64,000 nucleotides of DNA from an uncultured Alphaproteobacteria bacterium. GTDB taxonomy: Bacteria; Pseudomonadota; Alphaproteobacteria; Acetobacterales; Acetobacteraceae. The translations under genes and the position numbers were made by a program. Numbering within the stretch: position 1 is the stretch's first letter; each line of letters starts with the position of its first letter. The DNA is taken from positions 1,931,908 through 1,995,907 of the forward strand of contig CAWKCD010000001.1 in the NCBI GenBank assembly GCA_963848035.1, given 5' to 3'. Positions 1-11,249 of the stretch are shown in pieces. Below the pieces are notes generated by a model. That model was given only the letters and a program-made list of their open reading frames with translations. It did not search any database and was not told the DNA's origin.

Positions 1-853
1 GCGAGCCTGCGGGATACGAACTCAGTGAAGAGCCGCACGCGCTTCGTCTTGCGTGTCTCCCCCTGCGTGAGAAGCCAAACCGTTCCGTACATGTGCAGCT
101 CGGTGCCCGGCACCCTCACCAGTAGGGGGTCGGCATCGCCGATGAAGCACGGCAGTGTCGTCATCCCGAGCCCTTGCCTTACAGCGGCGATCTGCGCCTC
201 GGCGTCCGTGGTCCTGAATGGAACCCCCGTGGTCGCGAACCTCGCCCTCGCTGGCCCAATCCGGAATGCCGTGCATGCTGATGACGATCCACCGGATGGG
301 ATCAGGCGCGCCCGCACGCCACGCGGCTAGTCGATCGCGGGACATGTAGACGCCGCCGAACAGCTCCGGTCCCTTCAGGCCGTGGAGGTTGAGCGGCAGG
401 GTCTTGCGGTCGTAGACGACGCGGATCGCGACGTCGGCCTCTCGGTTGGTCAGATTTGCCAGCTCGCCGGACGACAGGATTTCCATCTCGATGTCCGGAT
501 GCAGACGCGCGAAATCGGCGAAGTCCGGCATGAGCAGGTGGGTCGCGAGGGGCGGCGTCAGCGTCACCCGCAGAAGCCCGCGCACGCTCTGGTCGCGACC
601 GAAGACGCGCGTCTCCAGCTGGTGCGACGACGCTTCCATCTGGTTCGCGAGCTCGAGGACCTCCTCGCCCGCTTCCGTCAGGCGGTAGCCCGAAGGCAGC
701 TTTTCGAACATGTGCGCCCCGAGGCGCTCCTCGAAGCTGGGCGATGCGTCGCAGCACGGTCGCGTGGTTCACCCCGAGGCGCTCGGCGGCAGCCCGCACC
801 GAGCCTCCGCGCGCGACGGCAAGAAAGTAGCGAACGTCATCCCAGTCGATCAT
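1..853 (-). pseudogene. LysR-family transcriptional regulator; C-terminus runs off the window start; frame broken twice (about 735 and about 240)
   Basis: wHTH MIDWDDVRYFLAVARGGSVRAAAERLGVNHATVLRRIAQL in ORF 302..871(-). The substrate-binding domain continues in ORF 22..711(-) (EERLGAHMFEKLPSGYRLTEAGE...). The last part (FATTGVPFRTTDAEAQIAAVRQGLGMTTLPCFIGD...) reads only in the third frame. Confidence 0.8.
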
Positions 854-1088
854 GGTGCAATCCTGCACCATGGGCTGCGACCTTCCAAAGCCGCGCGTCT
901 AGCGCATCGCCAAAGCCCGCATGGCGATCGTCGCGCTGACATCAGTCGTCCAGCCGGATCGATTTCGCACCACCGATGTGCGCGCTTCCGCACTGAATGC
1001 CTCACTCCGGCGAACCCAACTTGAGCGTCTCTGGGCCTACTCGAATCAACCAGAGGCTTGAGACGGCGCAACAAGGAGACTGCACGAC

Positions 1089-1823
1089 ATGACCAGACTG
1101 AATGGAAAGACCGCCGTGATCACCGGCGGCGCCACCGGCATCGGCCTCGCCGCGGCAAAGCGCTTCATCGAGGAGGGCGCCTTCGTCTTCATCTTCGGCC
1201 GCCGGCAGGACGCGCTCGACGCCGCCGTGGCCGAGCTCGGGCCCAATGCCCGCGCGGTGAAGGGCTCGGTCTCGGATCAGGCCGACCTCGACCGGCTCTA
1301 CGCGGCGGTGAAGGCCGAGCGCGGAACCCTCGACATCGTCTTCGCCAATGCCGGGGTGGGAAGCCCGCTCAAGCTCGGCGAGATCACCGCCGAGCACATC
1401 GACGAAACCTTCGACATCAATGTGAAGGGGACGATCTTCACGGTCCAGAAGGCGCTGCCGCTGATGGGCAAGGGCGGTTCGATCATCCTGACCGGATCGA
1501 GCGCCGGCACCACGGGCGCCCCGGCATTCACCGCCTACAGCGCGAGCAAGGCGGCCGTGCGCAACCTCGCGCGGACCTGGGCGGAGGACCTGAAGGGCAC
1601 CGGCATCCGGGTCAACGTGCTGTCGCCGGGGCCGACGGCGACCGAACTCGCCAAGGCAGCGCTCGGCGAGGAGGGCCAGAAGGCCTACGGCTCGATGACA
1701 GCGCTCCAGCGCATGGGCGATCCGGCGGAGATCGGCGCGGCGGCCGCCTTTCTCGCGTCGTCGGACAGCAGCTTCATGACCGCCAGCGAGGTCGCCGTCG
1801 ATGGCGGCCTGGCGCAACTCTGA
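1089..1823 (+). CDS. SDR-family oxidoreductase
   Basis: 244-aa ORF with Rossmann motif TGGATGIG, NAG motif and catalytic YSASKAA (YxxxK). Confidence 0.85.
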   Translation: MTRLNGKTAVITGGATGIGLAAAKRFIEEGAFVFIFGRRQDALDAAVAELGPNARAVKGSVSDQADLDRLYAAVKAERGTLDIVFANAGVGSPLKLGEITAEHIDETFDINVKGTIFTVQKALPLMGKGGSIILTGSSAGTTGAPAFTAYSASKAAVRNLARTWAEDLKGTGIRVNVLSPGPTATELAKAALGEEGQKAYGSMTALQRMGDPAEIGAAAAFLASSDSSFMTASEVAVDGGLAQL

Positions 1824-1871
1824 CCCGGCCGCGGTCCCGGGCCTGAGCCACACACTAAAGGATAGAAGATC

Positions 1872-2625
1872 ATGAAAAAGCTAGAAGGCAAGGTCGCCGT
1901 CATCACCGGCGGAAGCAGCGGGATCGGGTTGGCCACGGCCAAGCGCTTCGTGGAAGAAGGCGCGCACGTCGTGATCACCGGGCGACGGGAGAAGGAGCTG
2001 AAGGAGGCCGCGGCCCTCATCGCAGGGAAACGTTACGACGGTCGTGGGCGACGTGTCGCGCCTGGAAGATCTGGACCGGCTCTATGCCGTCGTGAAAGAG
2101 AAACATGGTCACATCGACATTCTCTTCGCGAACGCCGGCGCCGGGACGATCGCACCGCTCGCGGCAGCGACTGAGGCCCATTTCGACCAGACCTTCGATG
2201 TGAACGTGAAGGGGCTGTTCTTCACGGTGCAGAAGGCCCTTCCGCTCTTCAGAGACGGCGGTTCGATCATCCTGACCTCATCGGTCTCCAACGTGTTGGG
2301 GCTGCCGGGGTTCAGCACCTACGCCGCGAGTAAGGCGGCTGTGCGCAACTTCGCGCGCGCTTGGACACTGGAGCTGAAAGACCGCAAGATCCGCGTGAAT
2401 GCAATGAGCCCCGGACCAACCGAGACCCCGGCCTTGGCGACAACGACGGGCCTTACCCCTGAGCAAGCCGAGCAAGCGGCCGCCCAGTTCGCCTCGCAGA
2501 TCCCGATGGGTCGCAGGGGCAAGCCCGAGGAAATCGCGGCTGCCGTCACGTTCCTCGCCTCCGATGAAAGTTCTTACATCACCGGCGTGGATCTCGCCGT
2601 CGATGGCGGCATGGCGCAGGTCTGA
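1872..2625 (+). pseudogene. SDR-family oxidoreductase, tandem paralog of 1089..1823, one frameshift near 2030
   Basis: [12 protein letters not shown] in ORF 1872..2174; NAGAG and YAASKAA in ORF 2044..2625. The junction reads ...AALIAG / [19 protein letters not shown] across two frames. Confidence 0.8.
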
Positions 2626-2707
2626 TCCCGGCTTCATACAGGATCGGAGAAACACAACACGGATCGGATCGCGCTCGATCCGATCTGCGCGAAATGGAGA
2701 AATTCCC

Positions 2708-3128
2708 ATGAGCATTGAGAAGAACATCCAAGACCGTGAAGGACTTCTTCGCCGCGATCGGCCGCGGCGACAGGGAGGCTCTGCTGGCGCTGGTCGCCGA
2801 AGACATCGAGTGGATCATTCCGGGCAAGGACTGGCCGCTGGCCGGAACGCACCGCGGACACGCCGGGCTGGCGGATTTGCTCGAGACGGCATCCAGGTCG
2901 ATCGAGACCTCCACGGAACCCCGGGAGTTCGTCGCGCAGGGAGACCGGGTCCTCGTCGTCGGCTTCGCGAGGGGAAGGATCAAGGCCACGAACAAGACGT
3001 TCGAGGACGACTGGATCTTCGCCATCACGGTCCGGGACGGCAAACTGACCAACATCCGGGAATACGTCGACACGCAAGCACTGGCGCGGGCCGCGCAGGG
3101 ATGCGACGCGTCCGTCGGCCGGCCGTAG
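2708..3128 (+). CDS. SnoaL-like / NTF2-fold protein. Probable ATG at 2708 with a 1-nt frame break near 2731; otherwise TTG 2715.
   Basis: ORF 2715..3128 has the VKDFFAAIGRGD...EDIEWIIPG...REYVD pattern of SnoaL-like polyketide-cyclase-fold proteins. GGAGAA lies 6 nt upstream of ATG 2708 (MSIEKNIQ), which joins the main frame if one base near 2731 is removed. Confidence 0.6.
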
Positions 3129-3179
3129 CGCTGGCCGATCGCTACGCACACGCCGCACGCTCAACTCAAGGAGATCCCG

Positions 3180-3812
3180 ATGTACGACCAATCCAAGCTA
3201 TCCGAGTTGATCCGGTTCGCACGCGTCGATGCGGGCTCCACCGTCATCGACGTTTATCCCGGCGACGGCGACTGGACCCGTCTCTTCTCCGACATCGTGG
3301 GACCCGAAGGACGGGTCTACAGCTTCGTGCCGGCCGAAGTCGCCCACTTCAAGAACGATCCGGTCGGCCGCATGCGGACGCTTGCGAAGGAGCCGGGCCG
3401 AGAGAACGTCGAAGCCGTCTCGGCGGACCTCGTGGCGATGCCGGAGGTCACGCAACCGGCGGATGTCCTGTGGCTGCACCTGTTCTACCACGATCTCCAC
3501 ACCGCGCTGATCCAGGCCAGGGGCGCGACGGCGGCCGACTTCAATCGAGCCGTCTACGAGCGGCTGAAGCCCGGTGGGTCCTACGTCATCGTCGACCACG
3601 CCGCCGCCGCCGGGGCGGGCACGAGCGACGCCCAGTCGCTGCATCGGATCGACCCTGCGTCCGTTCGCGAGGAGGTGGAGGCGGCCGGCTTCGTGCTGGA
3701 CGCGGAAAGCACCATACTCGCGAACAAGGACGATCCGCACTCGATCAAGGTGTTCGACCCCACAATCAAGGGCGAGACCGATCGGTTCGCCTACCGCTTC
3801 GTGAAGCCCTGA
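3180..3812 (+). CDS. class I SAM-dependent methyltransferase (predicted)
   Basis: 210-aa ORF with VIDVYPGDGDWT (motif I-like) and LKPGGSYVIVDH (post-II-like). Family assignment by motif only. Confidence 0.55.
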   Translation: MYDQSKLSELIRFARVDAGSTVIDVYPGDGDWTRLFSDIVGPEGRVYSFVPAEVAHFKNDPVGRMRTLAKEPGRENVEAVSADLVAMPEVTQPADVLWLHLFYHDLHTALIQARGATAADFNRAVYERLKPGGSYVIVDHAAAAGAGTSDAQSLHRIDPASVREEVEAAGFVLDAESTILANKDDPHSIKVFDPTIKGETDRFAYRFVKP

Positions 3813-3957
3813 CGGGTCACTCACGGGCCCACAAGGAAATGCGCATAGCGCGGACATCGAACGGACGGCAGATTTCAGGAAACGCTCTATGGTCGGCGAG
3901 CGACCTAAAGGGGTCGTGAGCGGACGTTGCCCAGCGGGGCTCGACAGTGAGGACTTA

Positions 3958-4740
3958 TCAAGTTCTGAGCAGGGCAACGATTTGGGGCAGCAGACTAGGA
4001 TCGCCGACGGCGATGACGTTGCCGTCGCTGGCGGGGGTGAGGGGGTGGCCTTGCCAGTCGCGGACGAGGCCGCCGGCGCCTTCGATGACGGGGACGAGGG
4101 CGGCCCAGTCCCATAGCTTGAGGCCGGGTTCGACGATGGCGTCGATGAGGCCGAGGGCGATGAGGGCGTAGGCGTAGCAGTCGCCGCCGTAGGTGACGCG
4201 ACGGGCGGACTGGCGGAGGCGGTCGAAGGCGGGGCGTTGCGCTGATGTGAAGAGGTCGGGGGAGGTGCAGGAGAGTTCGGCGTCGGCCAGGGTGGGGCAT
4301 GGGCGGGCGCCGGGCTTGCCGTAGGGGCCGCGGAATTGGGTGGGTTGGCCGTGGATGCCGATCCAGCGCTCGTTGGTGATGGGCTGGTCGATGAGGCCGA
4401 GGATGGGGGTGTCGCCGTCGAGCAGGGCGATGAGGGTGCCGAAGATGGGGCGGCCGGTGATGAAGGCGCGGGTGCCGTCGACGGGATCGAGGACCCAGCG
4501 GTAGCGGGCGGACTCGCGGAGGTTGGGGAATTCCTCGCCGATGATGCCGTGGTCGGGGAAGCGGGCCTCGAGGACGGCGCGCATCGCCATCTCGGCGTTG
4601 CGGTCGGCGATGGTGACGGGGGATTCGTCGGATTTGGTGTCGGCGGCGAGGGGGGTGCGGAAGTGGGGGCGGATCGCTTGGGCGGCGGCGTCGAGGGCGG
4701 CGTGGGCGGCGGCTTCGGCGGTGGCGATCAGGTCTTGCAT
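3958..4740 (-). CDS. inositol monophosphatase family protein (histidinol-phosphatase HisN-like)
   Basis: 260-aa ORF with IMPase motifs EEF, WVLDPVDGT and GGDCYAY...WDWAA. Confidence 0.8.
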   Translation of the reverse strand: MQDLIATAEAAAHAALDAAAQAIRPHFRTPLAADTKSDESPVTIADRNAEMAMRAVLEARFPDHGIIGEEFPNLRESARYRWVLDPVDGTRAFITGRPIFGTLIALLDGDTPILGLIDQPITNERWIGIHGQPTQFRGPYGKPGARPCPTLADAELSCTSPDLFTSAQRPAFDRLRQSARRVTYGGDCYAYALIALGLIDAIVEPGLKLWDWAALVPVIEGAGGLVRDWQGHPLTPASDGNVIAVGDPSLLPQIVALLRT

Positions 4741-4799
4741 GGGGGAGTTGTTCGGGGCGGCGGGCGGCAGGTCAAGGGGCCTGCCGCCGCCGGGTCGGG

Positions 4800-5066
4800 T
4801 CAGTGGGGGGCGGGGGCGTTGTTGGTGGGGGTCATGCTGTGGTTGAGGGTAGGGGTGGGGATCGAGTTGGCTTGGCCGAGGCCCTGGTTGGATTGCGCGT
4901 TGCCGGGCTGCGCGCTGGCGTTGGAATCGGCTTGGGGGTTGGCGAGGTTGGGCTCGCGCATGGGGATGGGGCCTTGGCCGGTGCCGGTGGTCTGGCCGGT
5001 GCTCTGGGCGTTGGCGGCGATTGGGGCGGCGGCGAGGATGAGGGCGGCGAGGATGGCAGACTTCAC
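4800..5066 (-). CDS. small secreted protein, Gln/Asn/Gly/Pro-rich, unknown function
   Basis: GTG at 5066 preceded by GGAGAA. Signal peptide VKSAILAALILAAAPIAANA-Q followed by a low-complexity mature part. It lies inside the longer spurious ORF 4800..5501. Confidence 0.5.
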   Translation of the reverse strand: MKSAILAALILAAAPIAANAQSTGQTTGTGQGPIPMREPNLANPQADSNASAQPGNAQSNQGLGQANSIPTPTLNHSMTPTNNAPAPH

Positions 5067-5157
5067 GAGGTTCTCCGATCGGCGTTGCGCCTGAAGTGGC
5101 GGGTTTCTATGGTCGCAACGCGATGACATCGGCTTTCTGCAGCACGCTCGACCACTC

Positions 5158-5886
5158 GTGACCCCGATCGTCGTGATTCCCTCGCGGATGGCGTCGACAC
5201 GCCTGCCGGGCAAGCCGCTGGCCGATATCGGCGGGCGGGCGATGATCCTGCATGTGCTGGATCGGGCGCGGGAGGCGGATATCGGGCCGGTGGCGGTGGC
5301 TTGCGCGGACGAGGAGATCGCCGACGCGGTGCGGGCGGCGGGGGCGGTGGCGGTCATGACCGATCCGAGTTTGCCTTCGGGGTCGGACCGGGTGCATGCG
5401 GCGCTGGCGGTGTTGGATCCGCAGGGACGATACGATGTCGTGGTGAATTTGCAGGGGGATCTGCCGACGATCCCGGCGGTGCAGCTTCGGGCGGTGATCA
5501 CGCCGTTGTCGGACCCGGCGGTAGATATCGCGACGTTGGTGGCGCCGATCCTGTCGGCCGAGGAGGCGGCGCTGCCGTCGGTGGTGAAGGCGGCTTGCGC
5601 GTTCGACCGGGGGCGGGCGGTGTCGCCGGCGCTGTATTTCTCGCGGGCGGCGATCCCAGCGGGGGAGGGGCCGCTGTGGCACCATATCGGGATCTATGCT
5701 TATCGGCGGGCGGCGTTGGCGCGGTTCGTGAGCTTGCCGGAGAGCCCGCTGGAGCGGCGGGAGAAATTGGAGCAGTTGCGGGCGTTGGAGGCGGGCATGC
5801 GGATCGCGTGCGCGCGGGTGGAACATGCGCCGTTCGGGGTGGACACGCCTGGCGATCTGGAGCGGGCACGGCGGGAGTTGGCATGA
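5158..5886 (+). CDS. kdsB: 3-deoxy-manno-octulosonate cytidylyltransferase (CMP-KDO synthetase)
   Basis: [16 protein letters not shown]-terminal motif, [23 protein letters not shown]. Confidence 0.9.
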   Translation: MTPIVVIPSRMASTRLPGKPLADIGGRAMILHVLDRAREADIGPVAVACADEEIADAVRAAGAVAVMTDPSLPSGSDRVHAALAVLDPQGRYDVVVNLQGDLPTIPAVQLRAVITPLSDPAVDIATLVAPILSAEEAALPSVVKAACAFDRGRAVSPALYFSRAAIPAGEGPLWHHIGIYAYRRAALARFVSLPESPLERREKLEQLRALEAGMRIACARVEHAPFGVDTPGDLERARRELA

Positions 5887-6731
5887 GCAAGATCGCGTTT
5901 CAGGGGCTGAAGGGGGCTTATTCGGACCTCGCGTGCCGGCAGGCCTATCCGGAGATGGAGTCGCTGCCGTGCGCGACGTTCGAGCGGGCGATCGAGGCGG
6001 TGAAGCATGGCGATGCGGAGCTGGGGATGCTCGCGGTGGAGAACAGCCTGGCGGGGCGGGTGCCGGACATCCATGCGCTGCTGCCGGGGAGCGGGCTGTT
6101 CATCATCGGCGAGCATTTCCAGCGGGTGGAGCACTGCCTGCTCGGGCCGAAAGGGGCGCGGATCGAGGATGTGAAACGGGTGCACTCGCATGCGGTGGCG
6201 CTGGGCCAGGTGCGGCGGATCGTGGCGGAGCTGGGGGCGGAGCCGGTGATCGAGGCGGATACCGCCGGGTCGGCGAAGCTGGTGGCGGAGTGGGGGCGGC
6301 GGGAGGATGCGGCGATCGCCTCTTCGCTGGCGGCGGAGATCTATGGGCTCGAGGTGCTGCGGGCGAACGTGGAGGACGCGGCGCACAACACGACTCGGTT
6401 CTACGTGACGGCGAGGGAGGCGCGGACGCCGTCGGGGAATGCGGGCGAGGTGATGACGACGTTCGTGTTCCGGGTCCGCAACGTGCCGGCGGCTTTGTAC
6501 AAGGCGTTGGGCGGGTTCGCGACCAACGGCGTCAACATGACGCGGTTGGAGAGCTACATGCTGGATGGGGAGTTCACGGCGACGCAGTTCATGTGCGACG
6601 TGGATGGGTATCCGGAGCAGCCGGGGTTGCGGCGGGCTTTGGAGGAGCTGTCGTTCTTCTCGCGGGAGATGCGGATCCTCGGGGTTTATCCGAAGGCGGC
6701 GTTCCGGCGGGCCCGGGCTGGGGGCGATTGA
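5883..6731 (+). CDS. pheA: prephenate dehydratase
   Basis: ATG 5883 overlaps the kdsB stop (ATGA). PDT domain ([31 protein letters not shown]) and ACT domain ([23 protein letters not shown]). Confidence 0.9.
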   Translation: MSKIAFQGLKGAYSDLACRQAYPEMESLPCATFERAIEAVKHGDAELGMLAVENSLAGRVPDIHALLPGSGLFIIGEHFQRVEHCLLGPKGARIEDVKRVHSHAVALGQVRRIVAELGAEPVIEADTAGSAKLVAEWGRREDAAIASSLAAEIYGLEVLRANVEDAAHNTTRFYVTAREARTPSGNAGEVMTTFVFRVRNVPAALYKALGGFATNGVNMTRLESYMLDGEFTATQFMCDVDGYPEQPGLRRALEELSFFSREMRILGVYPKAAFRRARAGGD

Positions 6732-6783
6732 GAGCTGGGTTGGGGGGTGGCGCTTCGCTTAGCTACCCACCGCGTCGGAAGGG

Positions 6784-7401
6784 TTATTCGGGGAAGCGGG
6801 GGAGTTTGACGCCGTCTGCGGGGAGGTCGTAGCGGGAGGCGTTCAGTTGCATCGCGAGGAAGGTGTAGTAGCCGCTGATGCCAACCATATCGACGAGGGC
6901 GGGCTTGCCGAAGCGCTTCTCGGCGCGGGCCCACGTGGCGTCGGAGACGCGCTTGGTCTGCTGCAATTCGTTGGTGAAGTCATAGACGATCGCTTCGTCT
7001 TCGGTGAGGTCGGCGGGGCGGCGTCCCTCGCGGATGGCGGCGATGGTTTCGGGCTTGATGCCGCTCTTGGCTGCGATCGGGGCGTGGACGTGCCACTCGT
7101 AATCCTGCGTCCAGTTGCGGGCGGTGACGAGGATGACGAGTTCGGAGAGGGTGTTGCCGATGCCGGAGTGGTAGCGGAGGTAGTCGCCCATGGAACGGGC
7201 GAGGCTCATCACTTCGGGGGAGTAAATCAGCGGTTCGAACGGGCCGAAGACGGGGGTCTTGCGGGCGGCCAGGAAGTCCTCGGCGGCCTTTTTCTGCTGC
7301 GCGTCGTATTGGTCGGGCGGGATCGTGGGCAGGCGGGTCTGGGCCATGGCTAAGGGCGCCAAGGCGCAGCTGGCGAGCAAGACCGCATAGATTTTCCTCA
7401 C
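6784..7401 (-). CDS. carboxymuconolactone decarboxylase (AhpD-like) family protein, secreted
   Basis: Signal peptide MRKIYAVLLASCALAPLAMA; the SELVILVTARNWTQDYEWHVH pattern is typical of the CMD family. Confidence 0.6.
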   Translation of the reverse strand: MRKIYAVLLASCALAPLAMAQTRLPTIPPDQYDAQQKKAAEDFLAARKTPVFGPFEPLIYSPEVMSLARSMGDYLRYHSGIGNTLSELVILVTARNWTQDYEWHVHAPIAAKSGIKPETIAAIREGRRPADLTEDEAIVYDFTNELQQTKRVSDATWARAEKRFGKPALVDMVGISGYYTFLAMQLNASRYDLPADGVKLPRFPE

Positions 7402-7402
7402 G

Positions 7403-7954
7403 TTAGAAGAGGCCGCTGAGCAGGCCGGCGCGGCGACGTTGGATGATGGGGGTGTCGCCGGTGTCGGTGGCTTGGCCGAGGGCGGCGTTCTGGCGCAGGC
7501 GTTGGCTCTCGCGGACGGGGTCGACGACGGTGCCGGGCGGGGTCGGCGTCTTCCAGAACATCAGGCGGTCGGTGAAGGAGCGGTCGGAGCCGCTGAGGGC
7601 GGCTTCGCTATCGACTTCGGCGCGGATGTTGGCAGGGGCGGCGCGGCCGGACGATTGGACGAGCGCCTGCTCGCCAGGGCTGAGCGGGGTGCGGGCGGCG
7701 GATTGATTGATGGAGTCGGGGACCAGCGTGGCTTCGGCTTGTTGGCGCTGGGTGAGTTCCTGCGGGCGGCGGGCGCCGGGCTGGGGCGGGCGGAGGGTGA
7801 AGTCCGGCGGCATGGACAGCGGCGCGCGGGTGGTGACCTGGAACTCGTCCGGGGCGTCGCGGCTGAGGCCGAAGGTGCGGGTCAGTTCGTCGCCGCTGCA
7901 GGCGGTGAGGCCGATCACGCCGGCAAGGGCGGCCAAGCGCAGGAATTTGGTCAT
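7403..7954 (-). CDS. DUF3035-like lipoprotein
   Basis: Lipobox LTAC after a hydrophobic leader; DAPDEFQV...PLSMPPDF motif; position next to lspA. Confidence 0.6.
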   Translation of the reverse strand: MTKFLRLAALAGVIGLTACSGDELTRTFGLSRDAPDEFQVTTRAPLSMPPDFTLRPPQPGARRPQELTQRQQAEATLVPDSINQSAARTPLSPGEQALVQSSGRAAPANIRAEVDSEAALSGSDRSFTDRLMFWKTPTPPGTVVDPVRESQRLRQNAALGQATDTGDTPIIQRRRAGLLSGLF

Positions 7955-7964
7955 GTTGCGGCTT

Positions 7965-8456
7965 CTACTGCTGGAGGCCCGGCGCCTGCAAGCGCGGTCG
8001 CGCGGGTCGGAGGCCGTCCAGGATCAGAATTGCGACGCCGCAGACGATGGCGGCGTCGGCGACGTTGAAGACGTACCAGGACCAGCCGAAGGCGTGGGCG
8101 TGGATGAAGTCGACGACGGCGCCGAAGCGGAGGCGGTCGAGGACGTTGCCGATGGCGCCGCCGGCGATGGCGCCGAGGGAGATGGCGACGAGGGCGCGGT
8201 CGGCGCGGTGCATCCAGACGGCGAGGGCGACGACGACGGCGAGCGCGATGGCGGTGAGGATGTAGGCGCCCCAGGGGCCGTCCTGGTGGAGGAGGCCGAA
8301 GGTGACGCCCTGGTTCCAGACCATGGTGAGGTTGAGGACCGGGAGGAGCGGGACGGTGCGGAGGTCCGGCAGGTCGAGGACGTTCAGGACCCAGTATTTG
8401 CTGAGCTGGTCGGCGAGAAAGACGATCAGGGCGGTGGGGAGGCCGAGTTTCAGCAT
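7965..8456 (-). CDS. lspA: lipoprotein signal peptidase II
   Basis: 163 aa starting MLKLGLPTAL, with WNQGVTFGL and FNVADAAI motifs and 4 TM segments. It appears fused to ileS in ORF 7965..11249 only because of the ileS frame break. Confidence 0.9.
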   Translation of the reverse strand: MLKLGLPTALIVFLADQLSKYWVLNVLDLPDLRTVPLLPVLNLTMVWNQGVTFGLLHQDGPWGAYILTAIALAVVVALAVWMHRADRALVAISLGAIAGGAIGNVLDRLRFGAVVDFIHAHAFGWSWYVFNVADAAIVCGVAILILDGLRPARPRLQAPGLQQ

Positions 8457-8466
8457 GTTGGCGTCA

Positions 8467-11249
8467 TCATTCGGCGGCTTTTCGTTGCGGGGGGAGCGTG
8501 CTGACGACTTCTTCGCAGCGGAGGCAGAGGTGGGGATGGGTGGGGTTCTGGCCGACTTCGGGGAGGACGCGCCAGCAGCGGGCGCATTTCTCGCCGGGGG
8601 CCCGGGTGACCTGGAGAGCCTGGGCGGGGTGGGATTGGGAGACGATGGCGATCTCGGACCAGGCTTCGGGGTCGAGGAAGGCGAGGAAGGTCTCGGGCGA
8701 GAGATGAGGGCGGCTTGGAGGGAGGAGCCGATCAGCTTCTCGGCGCGGGCCTGCTCCAGGGTGGTGGTGGCCTGGCTGCGGAGGGCGCGGATCTGGGACC
8801 AGCGGTCGGCGAGGGAGTCGTCGCGCCAATGGGCGGGTATGTGGGGGAAAGATTGGAGGTGGATGCTGTCGGTCTCGCTGGGGAAGCGGGCGAGCCAGGC
8901 TTCCTCGGCGGTGAAGCAGAGGACGGGGGCGAGCCAGGCGGTGAGGGCGCGGTGGAGATGGTCGAGCACGGTGCGGACGGCGCGGCGGCGGAGGCTCGAG
9001 GGCGCGTCGCAGTAGAGGACGTCCTTGCGGATGTCGAAATAGAAGGCGGAGAGGTCCGCGCTGCAGAAGGCGTGGAGCTCGGGGTAGACGCCGGTCCAGT
9101 CGTGGGAGGTGAGTGCGGCTTGGATGCGGGCGTTCAGTTCCGATAGGCGGTGGAGGATGAAGCGCTCGAGCTCGGGGAGGTCGGCGTCGGGGAGGGTTTC
9201 GGCGTCGGTGAAGTCGGCGAGGCCGCCGAGGAGCCAGCGGAGGGTGTTGCGGAGGCGGCGGTAGAGTTCGGATTGCTGCTTGAGGATCTCCGGGCCGATG
9301 CGGAGGTCTTCGTTGACGTCGGAGTTCATGGTCCAGAGGCGCAGGATGTCGGCGCCCATCTTGTCGGTGACTTCCTGGGGGGCGGTGACGTTGCCGAGGG
9401 ACTTGGACATCTTGCGGCCGTTCTCGTCGAGGACGAAGCCGTGGGTAAGGACGGCGCGGAACGGGGCTTTGCCGCGGGTGCCGACGGCTTCGAGCAGGGA
9501 CGACTGGAACCAGCCGCGGTGTTGGTCGGAGCCTTCGAGGTAGAGGTCGGCGGGCCAGCCTTCGCCGATGGCTTCCATGGCGAAGCCGTGGGTGCTGCCG
9601 CTCTCGAACCAGACGTCGACGATGTCCATGACTTGTTCGTAGTCGTCGGGGTGGCGGTCCTGGCCGAGGAAGCGGGCGGGGGGGCTGCTGTACCAGGCGT
9701 CGGCGCCTTCGGTTTCGAAGGCTTCGGTGATGCGGGCGAGGACGGCCGGGTCGCGGAGGGGTTCACCGGTGCGCTTCTCGACGAAGACGGGGATAGGGAC
9801 GCCCCAGGCGCGCTGACGGGAGATGCACCAATCGGGGCGGCCGGCGACCATGGAGGCAAGGCGGGTGCGGCCGGCTTCGGGGATGAATTTCGTGGCGTCG
9901 ATGGCTTCGAGGGCTTTGGCGCGGATCTGCGTCTCGCCGTCTAGGGCGATGAACCATTGGGGGGTGGCGCGGTAGATCACGGGGGCCTTGCTGCGCCAGC
10001 TGTGCGGGTAGGAATGGAGCAGGGTGCCACGGGCGAGGAGGCCTCCGGCGGCTTCGATGGCGTCGGAGACGGGTTTGGAGGCCTTGAAGACGTGGATTCC
10101 GGCGAAGAGCGGGACCCACGCGGAGTAGGTGCCGTCGCCTTGGACGGTTTCGGGGACTTCGAGGCCGTATTCGCTGCCCAAGACGAAGTCTTCGGCGCCG
10201 TGGGAGGGGGCGGTGTGGACGAAGCCGGTGCCCTGGTCGGTGGTGACGTAGTCGGCGGGCAGGAGGGGGACGTCGTAGTCGTAGCCTTGGCCGCGGAGAG
10301 GGTGGGCGGCGATCAGGCCGGCGAATTCAGTGCCTTTGTAGACGTGCTCGATGTGGTGGGTGGTGATGGCGGCGGCCTTGAGGACCTCCTGGAGGAGGGG
10401 CATGGCGACGAGGAAGCGTTCGCCGACGCGGGCGAGGGACTGGTCGGCGACGGCGTCGACATGGACGAGGGCGTAGTCGATGTCCGGGCCGTAGGCGATG
10501 GCGCGGTTGCCGGGGAGGGTCCAGGTGGTGGTGGTCCAGATGACGACCGTGGCGCCGGATAGGAGGGGGTCGGCGGGGGCGAGCAGGGGGAAGCGGACGA
10601 AGACGGTGTCGCTGGTGCGGTCGTGGTATTCGATCTCGGCTTCGGCGAGGGCGGTCTTCTCGACCGGGCTCCACATGACGGGGCGGAGGCCGCGGTAGAG
10701 GGCGCCGTTCATGAGGAACTTGCCGATCTCGGCGGCGATGGCGGCTTCGGAGGGGAAGTCGAAGGTGGCGTAGCGCTTGGCCCAGCTGCCGGTGACGCCG
10801 AGGCGGATGAACTCTTCGGTTTGGACGTTCAGCCAGTGTTGGCTGTAGCGGCGGCACTCATCGCGGAAGTCGAGGACGGGGACGGCGTCCTTGTCGCGGC
10901 CGGTCTTGCGGTATTCCTCCTCGACCTTCCACTCGATGGGGAGGCCGTGGGTGTCCCAGCCGGGGATGTAGGGGACGTCCTCGCCGGCCATGCGGTGGGC
11001 GCGCATGATGACATCCTTGAGGATGCGGTTGAGCGCGTGGCCGATGTGGAGGTTGCCGTTGGAGTAGATCGGGCCGTCATGCAGGACGAAGCGGGGGCGG
11101 CCCTGCATCTGGGCGGATGTGCGGGTCCAGAGGTCGATGCGGTCCCAGCGGGCGAGGAGGTCGGGCTCGCGCTTGGGGAGGTCGCCGCGCATGGGGAAGG
11201 GCGTGTTGGGGAGGAAGACGGTGGGGCGGTAGTCGGGTGCTTCGGTCAT
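8467..11249 (-). pseudogene. ileS: isoleucine--tRNA ligase, frame broken near 8700-8712
   Basis: HIGH (NLHIGHALN) and KMSKS (KMSKSLGN) motifs in the long ORF. The C-terminal zinc-finger part (SPETFLAFLDPEAW...CARCWRVLPEV...CLRCEEV) is in ORF 8467..8829(-). Confidence 0.9.

Noticed and set aside
4336-5094. A 252-aa Gly/Ala/Val-rich ORF on the plus strand
   Set aside because: It is antisense to the well-supported IMPase-family gene (3958..4740) and to the small secreted-protein gene. It has low-complexity composition and no motifs.
7965-11249. The 1094-aa ORF as a genuine bifunctional IleRS-LspA fusion protein
   Set aside because: The linker is out-of-frame IleRS sequence. The authentic IleRS C-terminus with its Cys-rich zinc finger is present in another frame (8467..8829), and lspA has its own ATG at 8456.
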